Source of the DNA: Octopus vulgaris
Taxonomy: Eukaryota
NCBI GenBank assembly: GCA_951406725.2
Contig: OX597814.1
Span: 145,328,001-145,392,000 of the forward strand
Direction of reading: 5' to 3'
DNA length: 64,000 nucleotides
Numbering within the stretch: position 1 is the first letter of the stretch; each line of letters opens with the position of its first letter. Positions 27,468-41,197 of this stretch are shown in pieces. Position numbers and translations under genes: made by a program. The notes under the pieces were generated by a model. That model did no database searches. It was not told the DNA's origin and saw only the letters and a list, made by a program, of their open reading frames with translations.

Positions 27468-27711
27468 TACACACTTATATACACACTTCTTTAAAAGAAC
27501 CTCACATCTATTATGAATTATTTGCCATTGCTGAACACTACACCAGAGTGACATTTAGACTTAAATAGTCCAAATTAGAAGCGGTAAACTAATAGGCTAT
27601 TATTCCTCAAGCCAGCGTTGTTTCATCGAGTAAGATGGTCTTAAAAATATTGTTATAAAGGGTAAAGGACTTCTTCGGTAACGAAGGGCCATGAGTTTGC
27701 ATCTAGATATT

Positions 27712-27983
27712 TCAGCTCCGATGCTCAAGTCCGGACAAGATTGTTTGTGGAAGACCAGCAGTCTCTCCTCTCCACGCCACTGATGTTATCCATGCGAAAG
27801 GCAAAGGCCGATACAGCTTGGCAACATTGACGACGCAACTTATTTCTACAGCTGAGTGAACTGGAGCAACGTGAAATAAAGCGTCTTGCTCAAGTACACA
27901 ACTGACAACCCGGTCCGGGAATCGAATGTACAACCAAAGGATTGTAAACCCGATCCTCTAACCACTGAGCCATGCCGCTTCAC
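27712..27983 (-). mobile_element. SINE family D (tRNA head)
   Basis: Sense TGGCTCAGTGGTTAG...TTCGATTCCC head; body TTGCTCCAGTTCACTCAGCTGTAGAAA shared with 63245-63525. Confidence 0.8.
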
Positions 27984-27989
27984 AGTATT

Positions 27990-28473
27990 ATTTTTTTCCA
28001 CTCTCGGCACAAGGCCCGAAATTTGGGGGGAGGGAGCCAGTCGATTAGACTGAATCGAGTACGAAACTGGTACTTCATTAATCGACCCCGAAAAGGCAAA
28101 GTCGACCGCGGCAGAATTTGAACTTATAACGTAAAGACAGACGAAATACCTATTTCTTTACTACCCACAAGGGGCTACACATAGACGGGACAAACAAGAA
28201 GAGATAAACGGATTAAGTCGGTTACATCGACTCCAGTTCGCAACTGGTACTTAATTTATCGATTCCCGATGGATGAAAGGCAAAGTCGACCTCGGCGGAA
28301 TTTGCACTCAGAACGTAACGGCAGACGAAATACCACTAAGCATTTCGGCCGGCGTGCTAACGTTTCTTATTTCTTTATTGCCCACAGGGGGCTAAACATA
28401 GAGGGGACAAACAAGGACAGACAAAGGGTTGAGTCGATTACATTGTGCTAACGTTTCTGCCAGCTCGCCGCCT
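27990..28473 (-). mobile_element. Nested/composite family B SINEs with alternative (B2) tail
   Basis: Two B cores, B2 tails at ~28150-28215 and ~28368-28430, and a 14-bp duplication GTGCTAACGTTTCT at 28354-28367 and 28445-28458. Confidence 0.85.
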
Positions 28474-29852
28474 TCCCTTCACGGTATTATTATGGCAAAA
28501 ATATATATTCAATAAATTTAGATTATAAATAATCAATGAAAACAGGAATATAATGTTTTATTTCCTGTTGTATTGTTTAAATATATAAATGGATTGAGTA
28601 CTGTTTTATTTGTTTTCAGTTTCCGGAACTTGAATAAGTAATACTTTTGATATATTTGTAGTTGTTGTGGTTGCTTTTATTCTTTAACCCAGATAGACCA
28701 TTTTGTTTTATTTTCAAAAACAAAATATCCGGGATTATATTAATCAATTATTCCATAAACTGGAACGGGTAACGTACATAGATTCGTATTTTAGGTTTTC
28801 GGGATCAAGGCCCTAAGTTTATGGGTTCGATTCATGGACCGGGCAGCGAATTGAATGAACTATTGAACATGGCAGTTCAATTTATGCTCCTTCAGTCTGT
28901 ATAGCTGTAATTAATATCAAAGTGCTGGTGCCCTCATCTCTCCATCATGCGGTCATATTCTTTATATTCAGGTCAATGAATAATGGTTGGATAAAGAAAT
29001 AAGCGGCTCTGGGTCTGTTGTCGATTATAGTCTCTTAAAACAATTACCAAAAACACTGTAAATGTTAACAAGTGATACTTGCTTGTGAATGACGGCCGCG
29101 ATGATATTTTTACAGTGGTACGTGAATACATATTTAGCTACTATTTCTAGCAATTCCAAAATACACTTGCAAACTTCATTGTTGATATATTTTTGCCTCC
29201 TTAATTTGATTCTTTCGGTGTTATTTTTGTTTGCTTTTCCTTTTCCGTTTGGTATTTTTACAACATAATTTTCTATTCTGGTTGTTACTGTTGTGTTGTT
29301 GACTGTGGCTTAAATATAGAGCGCGTTACATGGAGGTCACGCGCTTGCAGTGATGGGGTTGTTGATGACTCGTTGCTCAAGGAAGCAAGTAATTGGATAG
29401 TCTTCAGGATATCCTAACGTAGGAAGAACAACTGACGGTAGTAGTGGACGAGTAGTATTGACATCTGTCTAGAACACTTTCTGTTATATTATCTAGTAAA
29501 CACACACACACACACAGAAACATAAATATACACACACCACACGCAAATATATCTATTTAGTATATATATATATATATATATACACATAGATATATATTCA
29601 CACTCACATGTATACATACACATGCACACACATGTATATATGTATATATGCATACATGGGGAGAGAGAGGAGAGAAAAATTTCACAGAAACGGATATATA
29701 GATACAAATACGTGAATATGTATATGTAGATGCATTTATACAGATATTCATATATACACATATGCATATATATATATATATATATATATATGTATTTCTA
29801 TTTATATATGTGTGTGTATATGTATATACATACATATATGTATATATATATG

Positions 29853-29932
<80 letters not shown>

Positions 29933-31284
29933 CATATATATATATATGTAGTAAAAGATATATTTGTATATATACACAAACTACATATATATGTGTGTGT
30001 GTGTGTGCATATATCTATATCTGTGTCCATATTTATACAAACTTGTACACACACACATGCATTTTCTTTCGGTATGCTATCACACATACATACACGCGTG
30101 CTTGCAGTTAGATTGAATGACAAACGGAGTGTTGTATGCCTGTTCGAGCGCCATTGTATGTTTATCAGAATGTCCATCTGTTTGTATGTATTTATGTCTC
30201 TGCCTAAATACCAAAAGAAATTTTTTCCTGTAGATTTTCAGCGCAAACTACATATAACAGCTGTCAATTCTTTTTTGCCCACGGGTATTTATTGTTGAAG
30301 AATTACTAATATCTGAACAAGCATTTTTAAAACATTCTTTAGCAATCCTCTACATTTAAGTTACATGTATGCCCTATCTCCAAAAGAAAACATACGTCGT
30401 AAATAGATTAAAATATCCAATGCTATGGGTAATCTGAATGTAATATGTATTTAAATGAAATCTCCATGTAATTCATCACTCAAAGAAGGTATTAGCTGAT
30501 ATATTAATACATCTTATCAGGGATGGTTTCTTATCCGGTGTGTTTTGAGTACGGCTAGGAGTCCAGTATCGCATTAATAAAATAGCGACTATAAAAATAT
30601 TTTTCTTTTATGAAAAAACACGTTTTTCATATCTTGAATGAAATAACTTTTTTTTTCTTTTAGCTACAATCACAAACTTCGACAATATTGCGTTAGAAAA
30701 TTGTAGAGTTTCACATATACACACTTATAGTGCCGCCCGTATATGATACAACAAGGTGAATACTTATATCCGCGGGCATGACTGGGTGGTTAGGAAGCTC
30801 ATTTAGCAACTATATGTCTCCGGGTTCGATCTTTTTACGCGGTACTTCGGTAAAAAGCTTTCGACTAAAGCTATGTGAAATTTAGTAGACGGGAGGATAA
30901 TTTCCGTTCTTGGATGGTGGGTAGAATTAATTCGCCATCCAGTTTAAAATCACTAATCGTCGGTGTCCTTTGGAGGATTAATTCTGTTGCACGCATTCAT
31001 GCGCGGTATCTGCTCTAATTTAATTTCGTTTCTTCCTCTCTCCTGTGCCTGAGATCATAGAATAAAGTATACATTCTTTCTTATAAAACATGTATACAAC
31101 GTTTCACGGTAAATGACGCAGAAGTGGCTGTCTGGCAAGTAGCTTGCTTACCAACCGCATGATTCCAGGTTGAGGCTCACTGCGTGCACCTTGGGAAAGT
31201 TTTTTCTACTATATCCTCGGGACGACCAAAGCCTTGTGAGTGGATTTGGTAGACGGAAAATGAAAGAAGCCCGTCGTATATATG

Positions 31285-31356
<72 letters not shown>

Positions 31357-31366
<10 letters not shown>

Positions 31367-31824
31367 GTGTAGGAAGAAATGGAGCTGAACGAAGATTTAA
31401 CAACATTCCTTTTTATTATTTTCTACATATGTTTCAAAGGCTGCAAAGTCCCTAATTCGGATTGACTAAGGAGACCATTTTGCAGCCTTCTCTTCAGGAA
31501 AATCCAGGAACTTAATTCTCCAACAAAATGCACATCAAACTTTTCGACAAACGCTCCCGAGGAGCCCATGGGATAAATGAATTAGGGACTTTGCAGCCTT
31601 TGAAACATATGTAGAAAATAATAAAAAGGAATTTTGTTAAATCTTCGTTCAGCTCCATTTCTTCCTACACTAAATATATAAACTTCAAATTTCCGCACTA
31701 AGGCACGGGTTTGAGACCCCATGGTCGTAACCTCAACCGTGATTTTTCTGTTGTGATTTTTGCTACCCAGGTATCGGTTATCTTTTGAATAATCCGTAAC
31801 AAGATAATTCATTTATCCATTTCA

Positions 31825-31825
<1 letters not shown>
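31357..31825. mobile_element. Penelope-like pLTR fragment with inverted duplication, inserted in (TA)n
   Basis: 31357-31458 is the near-perfect reverse complement of 31579-31680; contains an HHR. Confidence 0.8.
31418..31503 (-). ncRNA. Intact type I hammerhead ribozyme with long stem II
   Basis: Minus strand ATTTTC-CTGAAGA-GAAGGCTGCAAA..TTTGCAGCCTTT-GAA-ACATATGT-A-GAAAAT; canonical core, GUA triplet, palindromic stem III. Confidence 0.85.
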
Positions 31826-31901
<76 letters not shown>

Positions 31902-32161
31902 ATATATGTATATATATGTGTGTGTGTGTGTGTATGCTTGTATGTCTGTGTTTGTCCCCCAACATCGCTTGACAACCAATGCTGGTGTGTTTACGTCCCC
32001 GTAACTTAGCGGTTCGGCAAAGGAGTCCGAGAGAATAAGTACTAGGCTTACAAAGTATAAGTCCTGGGGTCAATTTGTTCGATTAAAAGCGGTGCTCCAG
32101 CATGACCAAAGTCAAATGACTGAAACAAGGAAAAGAGTAAAAGAATAAAAGAATAGAAGAA

Positions 32162-32225
<64 letters not shown>

Positions 32226-32255
32226 GTTATTATTAGTATTGTTGTTGTTGTTATT

Positions 32256-32670
32256 GATTGAGAGAGAAGCGCATGCCATCAAAGTGACACTAGGGTACAA
32301 AAGTACGAAGCCAAATATACCCATCATGAATACCCGGCTGATAAGGGTATACGAGGAACATGCATCACAACCATATGCGCACGACGTGGTGATCTCATAT
32401 CAAGATAAACAGCACATGACTTTGCAAGTGGGACCCAGTTAGAATTTTTTTCAGGTTGAGTAGCCCATACCGCTTAAAAAGTCTCTGGAGAAGGTTTGTT
32501 TAAGGATGGTGAACGAAACACCTATGTTTCCAGAGGTGAATTAATCAAACCACAAAGAATTTCTCCCAACACATGGCTATGATGCTGCCTCACTGCTCCT
32601 GCTCATGATCAAAGATGCACATATCGTCAGCCACCAAAGGTTATACTCAACTTGTTATGGTAAAACAACT
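32256..32670 (-). mobile_element. Family C element, partial, abutting (TTA)n
   Basis: Reverse complement of the 3' ~410 bp of 54090-54650. Confidence 0.85.
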
Positions 32671-33440
32671 TCCAGAAATCCCTTGCTTTGCAGAGCTACC
32701 GGCGGGCACTGCCGGTTCGAGATAAACTCTACAGACACGGAAGTGCTGTCAGTCGCACTTGCCCGAAATGCGCGCAGAGCGACGAAACCGTTCTGTACGC
32801 ATTCGTCCAGTGTCCTTGCATTACTGACTTGTGGAGTTATGTTGAACAGCTGTTATCGCGTGTAGGATGGATCCGGCTATCGGCCGAGTCCAAATTGAAG
32901 ATCGATCCGCCGCTTTCCAATGGTCCGGAAGGGCAGGCAATTTTCCTCTGTCTGATAGCAGTAACGAAAGAGGTTGTATGGCGACTCAGGTTGAAAGGAC
33001 TGAAGACAGACAGTTTTCTCTTCGGACAATCACTCATCGACTTTTTCAAATTTCATTTGGAAAGGAAGATGAGGGTGGAGAGAGAAATGCTGCCTCCCAG
33101 TATATTTGCTAAGAAAAAAGGTGAGTGAATGTAGCGAAAATGACACGGGTGAGTGGACCTACTCTAATAATGCGCCTGTGGGCTAGTTAATTTGAGAGGG
33201 AGAAGGGTGCTCTTCCCAGATTCTCTCAAAGTGTCGAGTCGTTCAGGATTGGTGGGGTACCTGAGCCAACTCCAGGTGGTTACCTCCCCGCATTTAGGGA
33301 ACTTTTATTGTTATATTCTCTTGCTGGATAACATTGTTATTCCTTTAATTGTGTACTCGTTGTTTCTGTGTAAACACCTCAAATTCCATGTCTACTCTAT
33401 CGTCCCCTATATGTCGGCCCTAGTGGCTAATAAATGAAAT
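32671..33440 (+). mobile_element. L1/Tx1-like LINE 3' fragment (zf-RVT domain plus 3' UTR)
   Basis: ORF 32688-33128 RALPVRDKL..CPKCAQSDETVLYAFVQC..LW is a zf-RVT-type CCHC (H>Y); ends in AATAAATGAAAT. Confidence 0.8.
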
Positions 33441-34704
33441 AATGGTAATAATAATAATAATTATTATTATTGTTATTATTATTATTAGTTAGCTTTTATA
33501 TCAAATCGTACTATTTTTCTCACGTACTTGACACCTATTCTGTTATTGCAGAAATATTCCACAACAAGAGCAATCCAATAATGGGCAAACCAGCAGGTAT
33601 CTCATCGTTTGAACTTTTCCACGAATATTCATACACACAAAGTAATTATATACGATCCAAAATGTAACTCAAGCATACACATTGTTATACATACACATAC
33701 AACATTCATGCAGACACACTCGGAACACTTTGAGACATGTTCACATACGCAAGAAAAATACACACACAAAATTACAAATAAAATAGCATGCACATACGTA
33801 CACACATAATCCACTCACATACGCATTCATATTTTGCATGCAAAAACATCGCACACACAAGCTAATACACGGATAAACACGCAAACATTCCCAAAATAAC
33901 GCACACATAGACAAGCACACACACTGTTTGGTCTTTCAGCAATATGCTATTTTGCGAACATATTAAGATCTCCTAGTGCGAAATCGATTATATACGAAAA
34001 TTATAACCTAATGCATTTAATTTACCTGACCTTATTATGCATATGTGTACAAAACATTTTAACCAGTGCCAGAAACAGTTAGAGATATTTTTTTTTCTGC
34101 AACGCATAAAATATATACCCGTGTTTTGCATTATTTGTATTAAATTATACCGACGCAAACCATCGCTAGTTTCCATGGATTCCACTGTTTTGCTATATTG
34201 TATGCATTTATTTTGTTTTATTGAACGTACACTGTTAGTATCAATTTTACTTGTGTCCAATATTTCCATTCATAGTACGGCTCGATCACATTTAGTGTTG
34301 GCCAAACATTCATCATCTCTCTGGCGTTAGTTTTCATTCTCATTTATATCCTAGAGATACATACGAATACCTCTAGGCGGTCTTAGCGTGTTGGCTTTGG
34401 TCTAAACAATAACTACAACTACAAAGAGTCAAATACTTTAATGTGTTTTGGCAAGGATTCGAGACGAAGGAAATTCGTCTACGATTTCTGGCTTGTTTAA
34501 AGACCGAGTATTCCATTGGTCTTTGTAAATGGAAGTTTATTTGTTTGTTTGTTTGTTTGCTTGTTACTCTTTCGATGCTTTAATACGAAATGTTCGCGAT
34601 AGTAACGATAAAACTTGTTTTTATATAGTTATTATACTGTATTCTACGATTCTGAGTGCTAAATGCCGCTGGATATATATTCATTCAAATTCACCATCAA
34701 GTCA

Positions 34705-34844
34705 AAGATGTGTGGTTAAGAATCTCTCTTTTGTAACCTCGTGGTTTCGGATTCAGCCCCGCTGCGCAACACCTCCTGACTGAACTTGGTGTACAGAAAC
34801 TGTATGTATGTATGTATGTATGTATGTATGTATGTATGTATGGT

Positions 34845-34878
<34 letters not shown>

Positions 34879-35110
34879 TGTATGTATGTATGTGTGTATG
34901 TGTGTATGTATGTATGTATGTATGTATGCATGTATAACTTTGTGTGTGTGTCCTTGTTTCTGTATTTGGTTCTCTACCCCGTTCCATATCTTCCGTCTCT
35001 GTAACTAGCAGTTCGACAAAAGCGATTGATAGAATAAGTACCAAACTTAAGTAATTAGTACAAGGTGCATCTCAGCGTCGCCGCACGCCAGTAACTAGAA
35101 CAAATAAAAG
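34705..35110 (+). mobile_element. Old SINE family A copy with internal (TATG)n
   Basis: Degenerate head and GATAGAATAAGTACC tail. Confidence 0.65.
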
Positions 35111-35186
35111 TTAAATAATAATTATCTGGGAATTATAAAGGTATGCCATTTTGCTAAGAGAATTCAATGAACCAGAAAATTTTAAT

Positions 35187-35745
35187 GGTTTCAAATTTGG
35201 ATACAAGGTCAACATTTTTAGGGGAGAGAATACGTCGATCTCAGCGTTCCCCTGATAGTTATTTTGTCGATTTCGATGGGATGAATGGCAAAGTCAACCT
35301 CGGTGGAACTGGAACGCAAAGCCAGAATAAATGTCGCTAAGTGGGCGGGTAAATTCTTTGCTATTCTAGGCATAAGGCCCGAAATTTTGAGGGAGGAGGC
35401 CAGTCGATTAGATCGACTCCAGTACGCACTAGTACTTAATTTATCGACCCCCAAAAGGCAAAGTCGACCTCGGCGGAATTTGAACTCAGAACGTAAAGAC
35501 AGACGAAATGTCTATTTCTTTACTACCCACAAGGGGCTAAACACAGAGGGGACAAACAGGGACAGACAAACGGATTAAGTCGATCATATCGACCCTAGTG
35601 CGTAATTGGTACTTATTTAATCGAGCCCGAAAGGATGAAAGGCAATGTCAATCTCGGTGGAATTTGAACTCAGAACGTAACGGCAGACAAAATACTGCTA
35701 AGCATTTCGGCCGGCGTGCTAACGTGTCTGCCAGCTCGCCGCCTT
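35187..35745 (-). mobile_element. Family B SINE cluster including a B2+B1 composite (35354-35745)
   Basis: Same B2-tail/B1 junction as at ~28149. Confidence 0.85.
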
Positions 35746-36513
35746 AGTGAACGAGTAAATTAATAAAATGAATATTGCATTGTTTCATACTTTTGCGAGA
35801 CTTTGTAAAGGAGATGAATGAGTACTGTATTATAAAATATATTGCTTGCATAACTTATTCATTTCTGTCAGAGATTTAAATGCAAATGATATTAACTAAA
35901 TTGAGAGAAAAAACACAATAGCTTGACTGAAAGAATTCTTATAATTTTAGAACCGTAGCAGGGCCGAACGCATTACCACTAACAGAGTGCCTATAGACCT
36001 CTACTATTGGTGTACAGGGATAACATCAGATTTGTATTATAATTGTAGCTGTTAATTTATAAATTGTTACGGCGTTAATTTAATCTGCTAACGTTGACGA
36101 AGTGTGATACCTCGCTATGCTGGGCATTAATGGAAACAACTTCACTGCTCGTGCTCTGTAGCTCATGAATTATCTATGAAGTGAGATATGTGTGAGCATA
36201 ACAAACTATAGTTATATATCTGTTATATAAACACTGGTATTGCCTAATTTACATAACAAGTTACCATACTTTGTCTTTAAAAGGTTTACGCCTTTAAATA
36301 ATTGAATATGATGAATAAGATTAATATTTTCTCGAAGGAAATTATTAATATAAAGTGACTTCGCACCATTCCCAACGAAAGGTGAAAATAAATCATAAAC
36401 ATCGCTCGGTTATTAATACAAATCTACTAAAATCTTTTTCATGCTCCTATTGTGAAATCCATAGTCATATTTCCCAACTGCCTCTCTATCTGTCTCTCGC
36501 TCTCACTCGCTTT

Positions 36514-36600
<87 letters not shown>

Positions 36601-37255
36601 GCTGTATGTCTGTCTGTCTGTATTTCTGTCTGTCTGTCTGTCTGTATTTCTGTCTGTCTGTCTTTTTCTTTATCTATATATATTTATGTACATACGTGTT
36701 TGTATGCATGTGCGTGCGCGCGTTTGAGTGTGTGTGTATGTGTATGTGTGTTGCTTGTGTGTGGGTATTTTATTGCACTTTAGAATAAGGTACTTTCTTG
36801 GGATCAAACTTTAATGTTATTAATCTACCTCTATTTTGTCTGTGCAGTATCTCATTCAGGCAAAACATAGGCGAATGAATTCTGTATGTTGCAACGGTTC
36901 CTTCATATCATCGAACGACTACTCTGAAGAAATCAACCATTTCTCATTGCTGAAATAAATTCATTTGTGTGTTGAAGCAATTCTGCATTTCTGAGTCTGC
37001 GTTTTTTAGGATGACCTTCACTCTATCTGACAGAATTTCAATGAAATACACAGTTCACGGACGACGTCAAATGTTCTACTCAGTATATGAACTCTATCAG
37101 ACACAAGGAGAGGACAAACATTGTCGTTCTCTCTCCCCAAACGTGTCATCCACTCATTCAGCAGCTACTAAAATATCATGTAATCATCTGGCAATGTTCC
37201 AAATACGGTCTCTATCTACCTGTCTGCCTGTCGGTCTGTCTGTTTGACTGTTTAT

Positions 37256-37475
37256 CTTTCTTTTATTCTTTTATCTGTTTCAGCCATTTGACTGCGGCCA
37301 TGCTGGGGCACCGCCTTTAGTCGAGCAAGTCGACCCCAGGACTTATTCTTTGTAAGCCTAGTACTTATTCTATCAGTCTCTCTTGCCGAATCGCTAAGTG
37401 ACAGGGACGTAAACACACCACCATCGGATGTCAAGCGATGTTGGGGGGGACAAACACAGACACACAAACATATAC

Positions 37476-37507
<32 letters not shown>

Positions 37508-37678
37508 CGACGGGCTTCTTTCAGTTTCCGTCTACTAAATCCACTCACAAGTCTTCTACTATAGCCTCGGCTCGAGGCTATAGTTGAAGACACTTGCCCA
37601 AGGTGCCACGCAGTGGGACTGAACCCGGAACCATGTGATTGGCAAGCAAGCTACTTACCACACAGCCACTCCTGCGCC
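37256..37678 (-). mobile_element. SINE family A
   Basis: Reverse complement of the family A consensus. Confidence 0.9.
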
Positions 37679-38460
37679 TATATCTATCTATATCTATCTA
37701 TATATAAGGTACCATGCGTGTGTGTATTTGTGTGTGTTTGTGTGTGTAAGCGCGTGTGTTTGTGTGTATGCCTGTGTGTGTGTGTGTGTGCATCTGTGTG
37801 TGTCTGTGTATACATCTGTTTGCCGACATGCTCTATCGAGTGGTCTTCTGTATACTGTACATGAATTCCCAGACACACACACACACAAACACATACATGT
37901 ACACAAACGCATGGTATATATTTATATCTAAATTCATCCTGAGAATTCTTTCAATAAACAGGGATTTTAGTTCTTACAAAAATCAGGTTCTTTGCTGGTA
38001 TTTGCAAAACAAATGCGGTAAAATATTTTACAATTTAAAGTTTAGGAAAAAAAACTTAGAAAATTTGCCACTGTGCTTAGAAAACTATCATATATGCTTA
38101 AATGCGAGACTGAACACATAACCACAGGGTTCGGAAGCGAACTTCTTACCACACAATAATGCCAGCAACCCCCTCAACACACACATGCATACAAACTCTC
38201 GCACATATACACACATATCTTTTATCTTTTATCTTTTGAATCAGTCATTACACTGCGACCATATTAGGGCACCGCTTTGAAGACTTTCTAGTCGAATCTA
38301 TCAATACCAAAGCTTACATTTTATGAGACAGGTACTTATTCCATCTTTCTATTTCTTTCGAACCGCTGTCTTACGGGAACATAAACACACTAGCGCTAGT
38401 TGTCAAACGGTGGTGGGGGGCCAAACTCAGACACAAAGACACATAAAAATAAACATGAAC

Positions 38461-38541
<81 letters not shown>

Positions 38542-39448
38542 AGAAGCACAGAAATCAATTATAGCTCTAAACTGATGTGGATCGGAACGATTTTAGTTGA
38601 AAATATTAAAATATATTTACAGGTACCAGTTTACATACAGTAGACTGCTGGAGAAAGTTCTATCATATATATATATTTGTATGTTTGTCTGTGTTTTTAA
38701 CACACACACACACACACACACATCCTAACATGCACATATATACATATATAGGTATGTACACATACACACACATACACATATATATATGTATATATATATA
38801 TATATATATATACATATATATTAACCATATATATATATATATATTTACATATATATATTTCTACCATATATATATATATATACATATACATTTATATATG
38901 TCAATATACATATATATATATAAGTGTGTGTGCACACACATACACTCATATGTATATGCATATATGTGACATATACACACACGCATTTATAGATATATGT
39001 TGGTGTAGAATTTCGAGTGTATACATGTATGTATTTATTTATTGTCTGGTATTTATAGGTTTATGTATTCATATGTTATACTATATTTTTGAATTAGAGA
39101 GTGCAGAGTTATCCTCATATGATAAAAACCATGTCTCATCTGAATAAAGTTATAATGTGATATAAAACAAATATAATTACTTTAGCCTAGAGCATTTAAA
39201 AATCACACGGGTTTGATTTGTCTGATGAGTGGAATATATAAAACCTATTATCTAGCCATTCACGTTAAGTGAAAAGGTGACAAAATGATGAGATTGTTGA
39301 CTCGAGAGAGAACCTATATTTTTTTATAGCAGCTGTCACTATTATGACAGCCCATTCATAATAATCTTCAATATAAAGCAAAAGCAACAAAAAAATATCA
39401 CCACCACCACCACCAATTATTATTATTATTACAATGATGATGATGATG

Positions 39449-40600
39449 ACTTCAATTCTTGGCACAAGGCCAACAAGTTCGGGTTAAAGGGCAAGTCGAT
39501 TACATCTACCTCAGTGAGTAACTGGTACTTACTTTATCGACCCTAAAATAATGAAAGGCAAAGTCGACCTCGGCGGATATTGAACTCAAAACGTAAAGAC
39601 GGATGAAACGCCGCTATGCATTTTGTCCGGCATGCCAACTATTCTGTCAGCTCGCCGCCTTAATATTAATAATAATAATAATCCTTTCTACTAAAGTCAC
39701 AAATCCTGTCATTTGGGAGGATGGGTCTAATCGATATATCGACCCCAGTGTTCCACTGGTATTTAATCTATTCACTCCGAAATGATGAAAGGCAAAGCGG
39801 ACCTCGGCGGCATTTGAACTCAGAACGTAGCAACTGGCGAAATATGGCTAAGCATTCCGTCCAGCGTGCTAACGATTTTGCCAGCTCGTTTACTTGTTTC
39901 AGTCATTAGACTGCGGCCATGCTGGAGCACTGCCTTTGAGAATTTTTAGTTGAATGAATCAGACACCAGTACTTTTATTTTCTTTTAAGCCTGGTACTTA
40001 TTCTATCAGATTCTTTTACCGAAATGTTAAGCTACAGAGACGTAAACACATCAACGGCAGTTGTAAAATGCTTTTGTAACACACACACGCGCACACAAAC
40101 ACACACATATACGATGGGCGTCTTTAAGTTTCCGTTTGCCAAGGTTTTGTCGGCCCAAGGCTATAGTAGAGGACACTTAGTCAAGGTGACATGCAGTAGA
40201 ACTGAACCTGGAACTATGTGGTTGGGAAGCAAGCTTCTTACCACACGGCCACACCTGTATTTTCGCAAATTCTCTTCTAATTTATGAATACTTTATGCAG
40301 AAGCCATTTTTTGACCAGCAGTGATCGTTGTTATTAGATTATTTCTCAAGATGGCGAAAATCACGAAAAGAACGATGACAGTCGTATTGGTTTCAAATTT
40401 TGGAACAATACCAGCAATTTCTGGTGAATGGGACAGTCGATTACATCGACCTCAGTGTTCAACTGGTACTTATTTTATCGTCCCCGAAGAGAAAAAAAAG
40501 AAAGAAAGTCAACCGCGGTGGAAATTGAACTTAGTTCGTAAAGACGGACGTAACACTGCCGAACATTTTAGCAGGTGTTCTAACAGTTCAGCCAACTTGC
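39449..40600 (-). mobile_element. SINE cluster: B (39449-39661, 39682-39887), A (39889-40257), B (40389-40600)
   Basis: Motif matches to other copies in the window. Confidence 0.85.
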
Positions 40601-40954
40601 AGACTTCCCCGGTGACTTATATTAATAATAATCATTATAAGTAATAATAGTTGTAATGGTGGAGAGAGTAGTTATGGTGGTGATGATTGTTATAATTCAA
40701 ACAGTGGTGATGGTAGTACTTGCAGAGATGATGAATTTCACTACTGCCCTACTAGCTACTGATAATGATGATAATGAAAGGAGAAGGAAGAGCAGGAGGA
40801 ATGCAGATATCTCAACGTTGTGTTGCTGTTATTAGCGCTTCTGTTTTTGAATGTTGATGATAGTAATAACAAAAAAAACAAACAAAAAATAGCTAATACA
40901 TAATGCATACACACACGCACACATGTATATATACACATATATACATACATATAC

Positions 40955-41063
40955 ATTCCTGAAAGTTTCATCCGAATTCAGCGGTTCTTGAGAAATCTTG
41001 TCCACAGACAAACAGACAAACACAACTGAAAAACAATACCTCCGCCTTCGCTAAGGCAGAGAT
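40955..41063 (-). mobile_element. Helentron/HINE-like non-autonomous element end
   Basis: Minus strand TCTCTGCCTTAGCGAAGGCGGAGGT palindrome, then TTTGTCTGTTTGTCTG and GATGAAACTTTCAGG, the usual HINE-type terminal arrangement. Confidence 0.5.
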
Positions 41064-41114
41064 GATGATGATAATAATAATAATAATAATAACAACAACA
41101 ACAAAAACAACAAC

Positions 41115-41170
<56 letters not shown>

Positions 41171-41197
41171 TAATAATGATAATAATAATAATAATAA

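Larger units (their letters stand above)
31115..32153 (+). mobile_element. SINE family A split by an insertion into its internal (TA)n
   Basis: Head at 31115-31277, tail at ~31925-32153. Confidence 0.85.
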
